From Candidatus Dadabacteria bacterium (GTDB lineage: Bacteria > Desulfobacterota_D > UBA1144 > Nemesobacterales > CSP1-2), in NCBI GenBank assembly GCA_963805855.1, contig CAWDVW010000007.1:527972-591971 (forward strand): a stretch of 64,000 nucleotides of DNA, written 5' to 3'. Numbering within the stretch: position 1 is the first letter of the stretch; the number at the start of each line of letters is the position of its first letter. The notes beneath the pieces were generated by a model. The model was not told where the DNA came from and made no database searches. It saw only the letters and a list, made by a program, of their open reading frames with translations. Below, in pieces: positions 39,605-48,369 of this stretch. A program made the position numbers and the translations under genes.

Positions 39605-41611
39605 ATGCGATCAAATGAGCGATTGTTTCTCTTAACTCTTTTCTTTTTAATTTTTTGTCCCTTCACAGTTACTTCCGGTTCTGATGAGCTTAAAAGTGAA
39701 GACTGCCTTATATGTCACGAGACGATGGAGCCCTTGGTTGATAAAGGACTCTTAGATGCCTCAATCCATAGTGGTTTCGAGTGCACAGATTGTCATCAGG
39801 ACGTAACACAGATACCCCACGAAGAAGTCCCGAAGAAGGTTGATTGCTCTTCATGTCACCCAGAGATTGCGAAAGAATACTCTGAAAGTATACATGGTGA
39901 AGCAATAGCGAGGGGTGATCGCGATGCCCCAATTTGTACGAGTTGTCACGGCTCACACGGCATTCTTCCAAAGAATAACCCTAAATCTCATATAAACCCC
40001 TTGAATATTCCTGCGACATGTTCAAATTGCCATACAAGTGAAAAGATTACAAAGCAGCACCCACTCCCGTCACCGGAATTTATTGAGAGTTACAGTAAAA
40101 GTGTTCACGGCCGTGGCGTCCTTGTCAGTGGGCTAGTTGTCTCCGCGGTTTGTTCCGACTGCCATGGTGCGCATAATATAAAGCCCAAAAGTGACAAAAA
40201 CTCCGGTGTCTATAGGGCAAATATACCGCTAACCTGTAAGAAGTGCCATCTTGGAATCTATGATGACTATGAGAGGAGCATCCATGGACAGCTCTGGAAA
40301 GAAGGTTTCGAAGCGGGACCAGTGTGTACGACATGCCACAAATCCCATCAGATCACAGAGCCTGTGTCAGCTGGATTCAGGCTTCAGATATCTGAGGAGT
40401 GTAGTGGATGCCATGAGGCCAGAGCACTTACCTATCGGGACACATTCCACGGGCAGTCAACGTCTCTAGGGTTTGTTCAGGTCGCAAAATGCTCAGATTG
40501 CCATACCCCTCACCTAAATCTTCCAGAAGAAAACCCACTTTCATCAGTCTATTCCGGAAATCTCATCGACACTTGCGGCAAATGTCACTCCAATATAAAT
40601 AAGAAATTTATCACCTATGACCCACATGCCGATCCTCACGATAAGGATAGATCTCCTCTGCTTTATTACGTAAATACCCTCATGAATTGGCTTCTCATTT
40701 CAGTTTTTGGCTTTTTTGGCTTACATCTGGTTCTTTGGCTTCAGCGCTCAGCCGTAGCAGTAGCAAGGGGCGAGATTCCCACCCACTGGAGCGGCGACAA
40801 GTATGTTCGCCGGTTTAGCCTTCCCCACAGGATTACGCACGTTACTCTTGTCATAAGCTTCCTAGGACTTGCTGCTACGGGACTTCCACTCATGTATAAT
40901 TACACGGCGTGGGGAAAAATTCTCGAAGGAATTCTAGGCGGCGTTGAGGTTACAAGGTACTTCCATAGATTCTTTGCAATAGTGACATTGGGTTACATTA
41001 GTTTTCATCTCGGTTATATGCTAGACAAGATATTTTTAAAGGGCAACATAAGCCTTCTCTATGGTCCTAATTCTATGATTCCTAGGAGTGAAGACATTGT
41101 GGATCTCTACAAGAACATAAGGTGGTTCTTATACTTAGGTCCCCGTCCGAAACTGGACAGATGGACATATTGGGAGAAGTTCGATTATTTTGCGGTTTTC
41201 TGGGGAATACCGGTGATAGGCTTCTCCGGACTTATGCTCTGGTTTCCCGAGGTCTTTACAAAGATTCTTCCTGGCTACTTTCTAAATGTGGCAATGATAG
41301 TCCACGGAGAGGAAGCCCTTCTTGCAGTTGGATTCATATTCACATTCCATTTCTTCCACACCCATCTCCGACCTGAGAGTTTTCCGTTAGACACTGTCAT
41401 TTTTACCGGCAAAATACCTCTGGAAAGATTTATCGAGGAAAGACCCGAAGAATACAATAGGCTACTCAAAGAGGGAAGGCTTGAAGAAATCATTGTTGAA
41501 CCGCCATCACAACTTGCTATCATGTTCTCTAAGTGGTTTGGTTTTGCTGCACTAGGCGTAGGATTGATCTTGATCATCGCGATCTTTGCGACCTTCCTTG
41601 CTAATATTTAG
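39605..41611 (+). CDS. 11-heme cytochrome c fused to a C-terminal FdnI/HydC-type cytochrome b membrane domain (CbcL-like)
   Basis: Signal peptide MRSNERLFLLTLFFLIFCPF, 11 CXXCH motifs (CLICH ... CGKCH), then 4-5 TM helices with conserved His (PHRITHV, YFHRFF, IVHGEEALL, FHFFHTHL). The start is uncertain (track 39551, ATG 39572 or 39605). Confidence 0.8.
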   Translation: MRSNERLFLLTLFFLIFCPFTVTSGSDELKSEDCLICHETMEPLVDKGLLDASIHSGFECTDCHQDVTQIPHEEVPKKVDCSSCHPEIAKEYSESIHGEAIARGDRDAPICTSCHGSHGILPKNNPKSHINPLNIPATCSNCHTSEKITKQHPLPSPEFIESYSKSVHGRGVLVSGLVVSAVCSDCHGAHNIKPKSDKNSGVYRANIPLTCKKCHLGIYDDYERSIHGQLWKEGFEAGPVCTTCHKSHQITEPVSAGFRLQISEECSGCHEARALTYRDTFHGQSTSLGFVQVAKCSDCHTPHLNLPEENPLSSVYSGNLIDTCGKCHSNINKKFITYDPHADPHDKDRSPLLYYVNTLMNWLLISVFGFFGLHLVLWLQRSAVAVARGEIPTHWSGDKYVRRFSLPHRITHVTLVISFLGLAATGLPLMYNYTAWGKILEGILGGVEVTRYFHRFFAIVTLGYISFHLGYMLDKIFLKGNISLLYGPNSMIPRSEDIVDLYKNIRWFLYLGPRPKLDRWTYWEKFDYFAVFWGIPVIGFSGLMLWFPEVFTKILPGYFLNVAMIVHGEEALLAVGFIFTFHFFHTHLRPESFPLDTVIFTGKIPLERFIEERPEEYNRLLKEGRLEEIIVEPPSQLAIMFSKWFGFAALGVGLILIIAIFATFLANI

Positions 41612-41759
41612 AGCCTCTTCGAGAGACGGAGTTATACTAAATGTTGATAATTAATTTAGAAAACAAAGCACAGTCTTCGATATAAACATAAACTTGAAAC
41701 GCGGGTATATTTTTGGTGAGACTACTGATGAATCTTAGATCCACAAGGGAGAAGTTCAC

Positions 41760-43268
41760 ATGAGATTACCTAGGCTTGTCCACAATTGGTTAAGCTATGC
41801 CGGTGCGGCTATAGCGGCTCTGTCGCTAATTCTTTTTATCTTCCTATTTGCCCTTCACTCAATCGTTGATACCTCAGGAGTGCCGTACGCCGGGCTGATC
41901 ATCTTCGTACTTGTTCCGATGATTTTTGTTTTCGGTATGATACTCATCCCGATCGGCATGTTGCTGGAGTGGCGCCTCTGGAGAACCAAGCGTATAAGAT
42001 CATTACCGCGGTTTCCTATAATCGACTTAAACAACCCAAACCAACGGAATGCGACATTCATCTTTTTAGTGGGCTCAATCCTGCTCATACTTCTTGTTAC
42101 TGTTAGTGGTTACAAAGCCTATCATGTGACTGATTCGGTCGCCTTCTGCGGCACGCTTTGCCACAGCGTGATGCAACCCGAGTACACCGCTTATCAGAAT
42201 TCGCCCCATGCAAGGGTCCGCTGCGTCGACTGCCATGTGGGACCAGGGGCGGACTGGTTTGTCAAATCCAAAATGTCAGGACTATACCAGGTTTACGCGG
42301 TTCTCCTTAACAAATACCCGAGGCCTATTCCGGTCCCAATCGAGAGCTTACGCCCTGCCCAGGAAACATGTGAGCAGTGTCACTGGCCCGAGCAATTTTT
42401 TGGGGCCCAACAAAAAAGGCTGATCCATTTTTTGCCTGACGAGAATAATACTCGTTGGGATATTAATCTGCTTATCAAAATCGGTGGGGGCAGCCCTGAG
42501 ACCGGGCTGACCGAAGGAATCCACTGGCACATGAACATTGCCAATCGGGTTGAATATATCGCCACGGATGAGATCCGACAGGAGATTCCCTGGGTAAGAA
42601 TGACGAATTTGGAAACTGGAGAGGCTATCGAGTACATGTCAACCGAAAATCCACTTTCAGAGGAAGAAATCGGCAATGCACATATACGGAAGATGGACTG
42701 CATGGATTGCCACAACCGACCCACGCACATTTTCCGTTCCCCTAGCTACTCGATGAATCTCGCTTTAGGCACCGGCAAGATAGATCCTACGTTGCCCTTC
42801 ATTAAACAAACCGGCGTCAAACTGCTGTCTGGAAATTATGACTCCACGGAATTGGCGCTTGGGGAAATTGAGAGTGGGGTCAAAAAATTCTACCGGGACG
42901 GAAATTCTGACTTGACAAATCACAAAGAAGATTTGATTTCCGGTGCAATAGTGGGGATCCAGGACATTTATCAGAACAACTTTTTCCCTGATATAATGAA
43001 GGTGCGGTGGGACGTCTACCCGAATAACGTCGGTCACCTGAATTCCCCTGGGTGCTTTCGCTGTCACGATGGACTTCACAAGACTGCAGACGGAAAGATG
43101 ATCACGACTAAGTGTACTGCCTGCCATACTATCATATCACAGGGAACACCAGAGAATATGGAGTATTCAATGGAACCAGACGGGCTTGCTTTTCGGCATC
43201 CCGAGGATATCGGAGAGATGTGGAAGGAGATAAAGTGTAGCGACTGCCACACCGGCCAACTGCCATGA
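41760..43268 (+). CDS. Inner-membrane multiheme cytochrome c, 3 TM + NapC/NirT-like region + 7 heme motifs (ImcH-like)
   Basis: 502 aa with three N-terminal TM helices. FCGTLCHSVMQPEY...SPHARVRCVDCHVG is NirT-like. The heme motifs are CGTLCH (CX3CH), CVDCH, CEQCH, CMDCH, CFRCH, CTACH and CSDCH. Confidence 0.75.
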   Translation: MRLPRLVHNWLSYAGAAIAALSLILFIFLFALHSIVDTSGVPYAGLIIFVLVPMIFVFGMILIPIGMLLEWRLWRTKRIRSLPRFPIIDLNNPNQRNATFIFLVGSILLILLVTVSGYKAYHVTDSVAFCGTLCHSVMQPEYTAYQNSPHARVRCVDCHVGPGADWFVKSKMSGLYQVYAVLLNKYPRPIPVPIESLRPAQETCEQCHWPEQFFGAQQKRLIHFLPDENNTRWDINLLIKIGGGSPETGLTEGIHWHMNIANRVEYIATDEIRQEIPWVRMTNLETGEAIEYMSTENPLSEEEIGNAHIRKMDCMDCHNRPTHIFRSPSYSMNLALGTGKIDPTLPFIKQTGVKLLSGNYDSTELALGEIESGVKKFYRDGNSDLTNHKEDLISGAIVGIQDIYQNNFFPDIMKVRWDVYPNNVGHLNSPGCFRCHDGLHKTADGKMITTKCTACHTIISQGTPENMEYSMEPDGLAFRHPEDIGEMWKEIKCSDCHTGQLP

Positions 43269-43338
43269 ATCGACTCAGTCAATCGAATTAGGGTCTCGAC
43301 AAAAACAACGGACTGAGGTTGTAAGGGCTTGATCACTC

Positions 43339-43983
43339 TTAGGGTGTTATCTCTATTAATCCCTTTCGAATGGCAAATTTTATGAGGTCGGTTCGGGTGT
43401 GAATATTAAGCTTTTCCATTATGTGTGTTCGATGGCCCATCACAGTTTTAACACTCATGTAAAGCATATCAGCGATCTCATTGTTCTTATAGCCCTCTGC
43501 AACAAGCTTTAGCACCTGTTTTTCTCTATTAGTGAGGCTTTCGTAAGGGTCTTCTTCAATATCTTTATCCTTTCCTTGCAGGTACCCCTCTATCACAACA
43601 GGAGCGACCTCGGGATGCAAAAACGTACTGCCTCTCATCGCTGCTTGAATCGCGGATATAAGCTCTGTACTCGTTGCTTTTTTAAGGACATAGCCAGAAG
43701 CACCTGCTTTTAAGAACCTGTATATATATTCTTTATTATCATACTGGGTAAGGACAATGATTTTTGTCTTAGGGCAGGCATTTCGTATCTCCAGAGTGGC
43801 TTCGAGCCCACCTAGGCCAGGCATAGCGATATCCATTAGCACCACATCCGGCTTGACCTTTCGGGCTTTTTCTATAGCTTCCCTACCATCTGTGGCATCG
43901 CCCACGACGTCAATGTCTCCGCAACCCTCTAGAAGCGCCCTTATGCCTTCACGTATAAGGGCATGGTCGTCGGCGATAAGCAC
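43339..43983 (-). CDS. NarL/LuxR-family response regulator
   Basis: 214 aa. REC domain (LIADDH...VVLMDIAMPG...KAGASGYVLK) plus a LuxR HTH (LTNREKQVLKLVAEGYKNNEIADMLYMSVKTV). Confidence 0.93.
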   Translation of the reverse strand: MLIADDHALIREGIRALLEGCGDIDVVGDATDGREAIEKARKVKPDVVLMDIAMPGLGGLEATLEIRNACPKTKIIVLTQYDNKEYIYRFLKAGASGYVLKKATSTELISAIQAAMRGSTFLHPEVAPVVIEGYLQGKDKDIEEDPYESLTNREKQVLKLVAEGYKNNEIADMLYMSVKTVMGHRTHIMEKLNIHTRTDLIKFAIRKGLIEITP

Positions 43984-43999
43984 CTTTATATTACTGATT

Positions 44000-45856
44000 T
44001 TAGCTAACCTCCCTTAATGGAACCGTAACTACAACCCTTGTCCCAGATCCGGGTTGTGACTGTACTTCAAGCTTTCCATCCAGAAGTAAGACCCGTTCCT
44101 TCATTCCGAGAAGCCCAAGCCCCCGGCTACCCGACTCTGTACTTGATATACTCCCCAAATCAAATCCAATGCCATCGTCTTCAATCTCTAAACTAATGAA
44201 ACTATCTTCAATCTCCAGATTAATAATAACATTTTCCGCTTGAGAGTGCTTGGCTATATTCGTTATAGCCTCTTGAGCAACCCTAAATAGCACGGTTTCG
44301 ATCTGGGTCTGAAATCTTTTTTCAAACAGATCTCCTTCGTAGCGGAAATTAATGCCCAAGGGCTTGAGGCGTTCTTCTGCATACCACTTTATAGCAGCAG
44401 GAAGCCCGAGGTCATCAAGGATAGCAGGACGGAGGTCAAAAATCATGCGGTGTGTGCTATCTATAGCACGAAGTGCGAGTTTCCTTGCATTATCTATTTT
44501 CACCTCAAGCAACTTAGGTGCGCTCGCCTCTCTTATTGCTTCGAGGGAAATGAGCATTGCAGCAAGAGTTTGGCTCATTTCATCGTGTAACTCCCTTGCA
44601 ATTCTCTTCCGTTCTTCTTCCTGGGCTGAGATTATCCTACGGAGGAGTTCTCCTCGCTTCTCCTCCTTCTTCCTGAGTTCCTCATACAGAGAAAGGGTTT
44701 CTTTTGTTCTCTTATCCACCCTCCTCTCAAGTTCTCCTGTCCAGGCAGCGATTTCGTCCCGGGAATCCTTGAGCTTAATCCTCATTTCATCCAGGGTTTT
44801 GCCAAGTTGCCCGATTTCATCGTCTCCGGATATAGAAATAGGCTCAAAGAGATTGCCAGAAGCAATTCTCCGGGCAGACATTGTTAAAGATTTAACCGGT
44901 GCAATAACGCTCTGAGCTACCCCTAGGGTTAGAATTAGAGTGACTACAAACAATACGGCGCCAAACGTAAAAAAGCGCCTTTTCATACTCTCCACAGGAG
45001 CAAGGGCTTCCCTCTCAGACTGTCTGATATCGATTCCCCAAGGGATCTCGGAGAGAGGAGCAAAAGCCATGATCTCTTTTTTTGGCTCATCCTTTACGGC
45101 CTTCTCGTGGCAGTTGTGGCATGTTCCTACGCTGGGCTGGCCCGTCTTGATAAGTCCTGAAAGAGTTCCGCCATGGTCACTCTCCGTTAGGATGTTTTCC
45201 GGTTTCGTAGAGGCTAAAACAAACCCGTTTCCGTCTACTATTTCGATATACCCTGTCTCCCCAATCTTTACTGGACGGATAACCCTAGCCAATGCAGGTC
45301 CGGTAGGGTCAATTTCCCCTCCTACGACACCCAATGTTCTTCCATTCTTAACCATAGGGATCAGAGCGAATACCGCCTTTTTTGCTTGAGGCCTTATCTC
45401 GAATAAATTAGAAACGATAGGCTTCCCCGTGAGAATAGACTCTCTAACAGGGGGAAAACCCCCGAAATTTGATTCGGCAAGGGCTGGACGAGGAGGTTCT
45501 ATCCACAAGAGATGCCCTCTACCGTCAAGCAAAAACACGTTGGCGAAAATTGACCGCAATAATGCATTGTGAAGAGCGGCTTTCTCCGCTGCCAGGTCTT
45601 CGTCTGCCAGATTGACGCCCTTGGAGAAAGCAACTTCTTGAAGATACATAAGATTCTGCCTGATTAAATCCTCGAGATTGCTCGCAACTGTTTGGGCAAG
45701 CACGAGCCGCTCTCGAAGCATTTGGTTGACACTGTCGCGCATACTCAAAAAATCCGAGACACCAAGTATTGCTAGTATGGTCAGCACACCAGAGGCGCTG
45801 AGTAAGATTATTCTTCTTCGCAGGCTGGGTCTTTCAAAAAAGGATCTTAAGCCCAT
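44000..45856 (-). CDS. Sensor histidine kinase (HAMP + HisKA_3 + HATPase) with a periplasmic domain carrying a CXXCH heme-c motif
   Basis: 618 aa with two TM helices flanking a ~250-aa periplasmic domain that contains GTCHNCHEK (codons 45107-45121). H-box RIARELHDEMSQ. ATPase motifs GFDLG and GLGLLGMKER. Confidence 0.88.
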   Translation of the reverse strand: MGLRSFFERPSLRRRIILLSASGVLTILAILGVSDFLSMRDSVNQMLRERLVLAQTVASNLEDLIRQNLMYLQEVAFSKGVNLADEDLAAEKAALHNALLRSIFANVFLLDGRGHLLWIEPPRPALAESNFGGFPPVRESILTGKPIVSNLFEIRPQAKKAVFALIPMVKNGRTLGVVGGEIDPTGPALARVIRPVKIGETGYIEIVDGNGFVLASTKPENILTESDHGGTLSGLIKTGQPSVGTCHNCHEKAVKDEPKKEIMAFAPLSEIPWGIDIRQSEREALAPVESMKRRFFTFGAVLFVVTLILTLGVAQSVIAPVKSLTMSARRIASGNLFEPISISGDDEIGQLGKTLDEMRIKLKDSRDEIAAWTGELERRVDKRTKETLSLYEELRKKEEKRGELLRRIISAQEEERKRIARELHDEMSQTLAAMLISLEAIREASAPKLLEVKIDNARKLALRAIDSTHRMIFDLRPAILDDLGLPAAIKWYAEERLKPLGINFRYEGDLFEKRFQTQIETVLFRVAQEAITNIAKHSQAENVIINLEIEDSFISLEIEDDGIGFDLGSISSTESGSRGLGLLGMKERVLLLDGKLEVQSQPGSGTRVVVTVPLREVS

Positions 45857-45857
45857 C

Positions 45858-46418
45858 TCAATCGTGAATGCTCCTTGCTATTTTAAGTAAATCCTCAACC
45901 GACCCGTTAGATCTTAAGACTATCTTTCTATCCCCTTGTCTCCAGCTTAGCTGTGTCCACCGGCTTCCTTTCTCCACTACACCGAGTTCTAGCGTCCCTT
46001 TCGCTCCACCGACCGAGACTTGAATCTCTTCGGAATCTCTATTGGGTTCCATTAAATCGACTCCCAACCCTTTGCTTTCATCTGTGTTTGAAATAATTTC
46101 GTAAATTACCAAGCTAGGCCTACCATCTCCTTGTGAAATGAATACCAGTGTTATAATGAGGGAGGGCTTTCTTACCACCCTGATTTCTTCAGGCGGCCAG
46201 ATGAGATAATCTGGGAAGTATGAGGGAAGAAATATTTTTAATCCAAGTGAAAATTCAGCTTCTTCTACGCTACTGTAAAATTTGTGTTCGCTTTCCTTTA
46301 TATATGCGGGGACTTTTTTCAAAATGTATAGTGATATCAATACCACACACATCAAGATAGTGATAGATAACACTATTTTCGACATTTCTCTTAAAAAGTA
46401 AGTAGCTTTTCCAGTCAT
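45858..46418 (-). CDS. Membrane-anchored hypothetical protein (possibly DUF4367-like)
   Basis: 186 aa with an N-terminal TM helix. The C-terminus WRQGDRKIVLRSNGSVEDLLKIARSI resembles DUF4367 ends. Only 1 nt separates it from the kinase gene. Confidence 0.4.
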   Translation of the reverse strand: MTGKATYFLREMSKIVLSITILMCVVLISLYILKKVPAYIKESEHKFYSSVEEAEFSLGLKIFLPSYFPDYLIWPPEEIRVVRKPSLIITLVFISQGDGRPSLVIYEIISNTDESKGLGVDLMEPNRDSEEIQVSVGGAKGTLELGVVEKGSRWTQLSWRQGDRKIVLRSNGSVEDLLKIARSIHD

Positions 46419-46466
46419 AACTTTAGGCCGTTTGCCTTAATTCAAATTGTGAGAGCATCTTAGCGC

Positions 46467-47489
46467 TCATACGACAAAGAATAGCAGCACAATTAGCGAA
46501 AAAGCTGTTATACCGAGTCGAATATTTGGATACGGAGGTTTATAGATATTCTTTGGGCGTACCAACCTTGTTACTCTGTTCTCGATTCGTACCCTGTGCG
46601 AGTGACTCTCAATATTATGAGCTATTGATAAGATTCTACCTCTAAAGCCGGACTTTGATATTTGAGAAGACCCACCTGCTTTACCCATCCGAAAAATTTT
46701 TACTAAGCTTGAAGCGATAGCAAGCGGCTTCCCGGTAAACGTTGAAGCAAGATCATCGCAGAGTGTCTCTCGTTCATTTATGATTCTTCGAAATTCAACA
46801 AGGACAACCGGATTATAAAACATGATGAATCGAAAAGTGAATAATACCCAACCTGTGGCGTTATCCTTTCTCAATACGTGACCCATCTCATGGGCAAGCA
46901 CCCCTTGTAGCTCTTCAAGGTCGAGAGCCTCTATGAGAGAATAGGAGATGTTGATGGAACCGTTCGTCAGCCCTTTTGCATATATTATAGGCTCTTTCCC
47001 GTTTAATAGGAAAATCCTTGGCACAGCCATAGGTAACCTTTGCTCCAGATCTCTTATGACTCCATCAAGTTTAGGAATTGTACCACTCCTATAAAGGGTC
47101 TTATCGTCCTCTCCAGCATAGTGATGAATTAGTGTCGGAATAGCTTCTTGTACAACAAAAATAAGGGTCACAACTCCCAATAGGACAAGAGCTAAATGCC
47201 AAACCAAAATGCCGTCAACCAATCTTAAAAGTAGCCATTGGTTTATATCGAAGATAGCCATATCTTCACGGAACTCCGAGCTTCCGCGATGAGGATAGAT
47301 CAGTTGATACAGAGGGAAAGATAAAACCGGAATCAGTATTACGAGACTACGAAACCTGATTTGTAGGAGCGGACGCTCTTCATGCCATATTTTTAATAAT
47401 ACTTCAATAACAAGGGCTATGATAAAAGAATGCAGTACACACTGAAACACATATTGACTAAAACTAAATTCCAAAAAATCCATTTCCAT
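46467..47489 (-). CDS. M56 (BlaR1/MecR1-type) membrane zinc metalloprotease/sensor
   Basis: 340 aa with 4+ TM helices. HEXXH motif LAHEMGHVLRKDN and ERETLCDDLA. No adjacent BlaI-type repressor. Confidence 0.75.
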   Translation of the reverse strand: MEMDFLEFSFSQYVFQCVLHSFIIALVIEVLLKIWHEERPLLQIRFRSLVILIPVLSFPLYQLIYPHRGSSEFREDMAIFDINQWLLLRLVDGILVWHLALVLLGVVTLIFVVQEAIPTLIHHYAGEDDKTLYRSGTIPKLDGVIRDLEQRLPMAVPRIFLLNGKEPIIYAKGLTNGSINISYSLIEALDLEELQGVLAHEMGHVLRKDNATGWVLFTFRFIMFYNPVVLVEFRRIINERETLCDDLASTFTGKPLAIASSLVKIFRMGKAGGSSQISKSGFRGRILSIAHNIESHSHRVRIENRVTRLVRPKNIYKPPYPNIRLGITAFSLIVLLFFVV

Positions 47490-47546
47490 ATTCTATCAAT
47501 AGACCACCTAAATACCATTTGCCCCAATGAATATCCACTGAATTTA

Positions 47547-48341
47547 TTATACATTATCCCCTTTTTCGTCCCCAGCAAGTTCTTTATTCTCTTCATTCTT
47601 AGTCCAGGATTTAATAACCTCTGCGTATTCTAAAGGGTGATCTTTTTCCATTCTCTCTCGTGAAATCTTTCCAGTGAATATACTCGGGTCGAATGGAAAT
47701 ACATCGGGGTTAAAATGTGCTCCATACATATGCCAGATAATTATGACGAGAAAGGCAAGCAGAGCCTCATAACCGTGGACAGTTTCCGCTACAGGTATGA
47801 TCACTCCCGGTAAGAATTTTGTAAAAAAGATCGGAAAGTAGAGGACAAAGCCTGAAACGATCATAAACATCCCGCCGAGTACAAGTCCCCAATATTCAAA
47901 CTTTTGCCTAAAATCGTAGCGACCGAATTTAGGGTGCTCCTCGGAAAGCCCCATGTAGTATCTAAGCATTCCCACGGCATCGTTGAAATCCTTAAATGTT
48001 GGGATTATCGAAGGTCGTACCTTTCTCAGAAGAACTAATAGAGTAATACGACCCAAATGCCAAACGACCAGTGCGGCAAACAGAATACCAAACATGCGGT
48101 GGATAAAACGAGTCATGTCAATACCCCCAAGCCTCGTTATAATCCATGCTGACCACCGGGCTTCAAAAAATTCCTGAGGGAGCCCTGTAATCACGAGCAT
48201 GATAAAAAAAATCATAACCAGAAGGTGCTCTACCCTTTGAAGGAGACTAAATCTTACAAACTTATCTGGAAGATACATTCCCCGCTGCATAAACTCATTT
48301 TTGGAATTATTACCTTCTTCAAGATTTATCTCATCCTTCAT
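47547..48341 (-). CDS. FdnI/HydC-type membrane cytochrome b (stand-alone paralogue of the C-terminal domain of 39605..41611)
   Basis: 264 aa. RFSLLQRVEHLL, FIHRMFGI, AETVHGYEALLAF, WHMYGAHFNPDVFPFDPSIFTGKISRERMEKDHPLEY. The sequence is colinear with the CbcL-like C-terminus. Confidence 0.85.
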   Translation of the reverse strand: MKDEINLEEGNNSKNEFMQRGMYLPDKFVRFSLLQRVEHLLVMIFFIMLVITGLPQEFFEARWSAWIITRLGGIDMTRFIHRMFGILFAALVVWHLGRITLLVLLRKVRPSIIPTFKDFNDAVGMLRYYMGLSEEHPKFGRYDFRQKFEYWGLVLGGMFMIVSGFVLYFPIFFTKFLPGVIIPVAETVHGYEALLAFLVIIIWHMYGAHFNPDVFPFDPSIFTGKISRERMEKDHPLEYAEVIKSWTKNEENKELAGDEKGDNV

Positions 48342-48369
48342 TTTATTATCCCTTTGAATCTTTACTCAG

